A stretch of 64,000 nucleotides of DNA from Octopus vulgaris (lineage: Eukaryota), in assembly GCA_951406725.2 (NCBI GenBank), contig OX597829.1:51894001-51958000 (forward strand), read 5' to 3'. Shown here piece after piece: positions 62,826-64,000 of this stretch. Under the pieces are notes generated by a model. It was not told the DNA's origin and did no database searches. It saw only the letters and a list, made by a program, of their open reading frames with translations. Each line of letters starts with the position of its first letter. Within the stretch, counting starts at the first letter, position 1. Made by a program: the position numbers and the translations under genes.

Positions 62826-64000
62826 GTAAGTAAAAAAGTAAACAAATTTGTAATGTGGAATAATAAGTAAATTTTAAATTTGAGAAACAAATTAAGTTTC
62901 AAATAATTTTGGCTTTCTTGGATATAAGCATGGCTGTGTGGTTAAGAAGTTTGTTTCCCAACCACATGGTTTCAGGTTCAATACCACTGCATGGTACCTT
63001 GTGTGTTTTCTGAGTGGATTTGGTAGAGAGTGACTGAAAGAAGCCTGCTGAATATATGTGTGTGTGTGTCTGTGTCTGTCTCCTTGTCTCAACTTTATGT
63101 GATAGTTGCAAACATCATAAGAATGATGTTATTTGTTTCCAGTTTTCTGTGACAATATGTTTGGGTATGGAGAAATATTACTATGGAAACAGGTGCAGGT
63201 TGGCCACAAGAATGGTCTTTGATTATAGGAAATCTTCTGAGAACTCTGTGACCCTTGTGAACATGGGAAAGTAGATGTTACATGGATGATAATTGGTTTC
63301 AGTCATTCTAAAATGGTAAAGTACTGCTTTGAATTAACCCCAGTGCTAATTAGGAAGTCTGGTACTTGTTCTACCAGTCTCTTCTTTTTTTATTTTTGTC
63401 CACTGGTAACAGACAATGTGTGACTGACTGACCAGTACTCAGTTGTGCTGATGAAAGTTCCAGTTGATCCTGTCAATGGGACAGTTCATGAAATTAATAA
63501 CAAGCAAGTGGCTGAGCACTCCACACACACGTGTACCTTTAACGCAGTTCTCAGGGAAATTCAGTGTGAAATGGAATGTGACAAGGCCATCCCTTTTGAA
63601 ATACGGGTACAACTCACTTTTGCCAGCTGGGTGGACTGGGGCAATGAGAAATAAAGCATCCTGCTCAAGAACATAATATATTGCCACAAATCGAACTCAT
63701 GTCTTACCCTAACCACTTAGCCATGTGCCTTTACAATCATACACACATTAGGTTTCTGCACAGTTTCCATCTGAACAAGAACCTGGAACCGTGTAGTTGA
63801 GAAAGTGAACTTAATCACACGGCAATGCTGAATTTAGAAAGAAAGAAAAGCTTATTGAAATTTCATTTTTACATTAAAGTTGATTTTTAAATAATTTTTA
63901 GTTTTAAATTTTGTATTTTAAAGTATGAAAATATTTATATCTGTTGTTTGTTCTGTTTTATTTGATCTTTTTCTACTTTGAAGATTGTTTTGAATTTGGA

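Overview
AT-rich, repeat-dense animal genomic DNA. The repeat families and intron style suggest a coleoid cephalopod such as Octopus; this is inferred from recalled repeat families and not verified. Two intron-containing host genes lie on the + strand and can be assembled from splice sites and reading-frame phase. (1) The last three coding exons of a Jupiter/HN1(JPT)-family microtubule-associated protein (1-114, 12264-12298, 20116-20187, ending RISQPPGGHCHQLW*) are missed entirely by the ORF track. (2) A kinesin-4/KIF4-like chromokinesin has its promoter at ~45.15 kb (CCAAT plus CDE/CHR), a non-coding first exon, and nine coding exons from 47175 to 62825; it continues beyond the window. The rest is mostly transposon debris: RTE, CR1-group and Tx1/L1 LINE remnants, a Gypsy pol remnant with nested insertions, mariner and pogo remnants, Helitron-, piggyBac- and long-TIR-type non-autonomous elements, several SINE families, and a TSD-flanked 28S rRNA fragment. 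The most unusual signal is a set of short non-coding elements in (TA)n or AT-rich tracts that carry minimal type-I hammerhead ribozyme motifs and/or perfect 50-105 bp fold-back palindromes. One motif (44668-44718) is complete and has a compensatory G3:C8 core. These look like non-autonomous Penelope-like or retrozyme-type elements. All calls are by eye; repeat boundaries are approximate.
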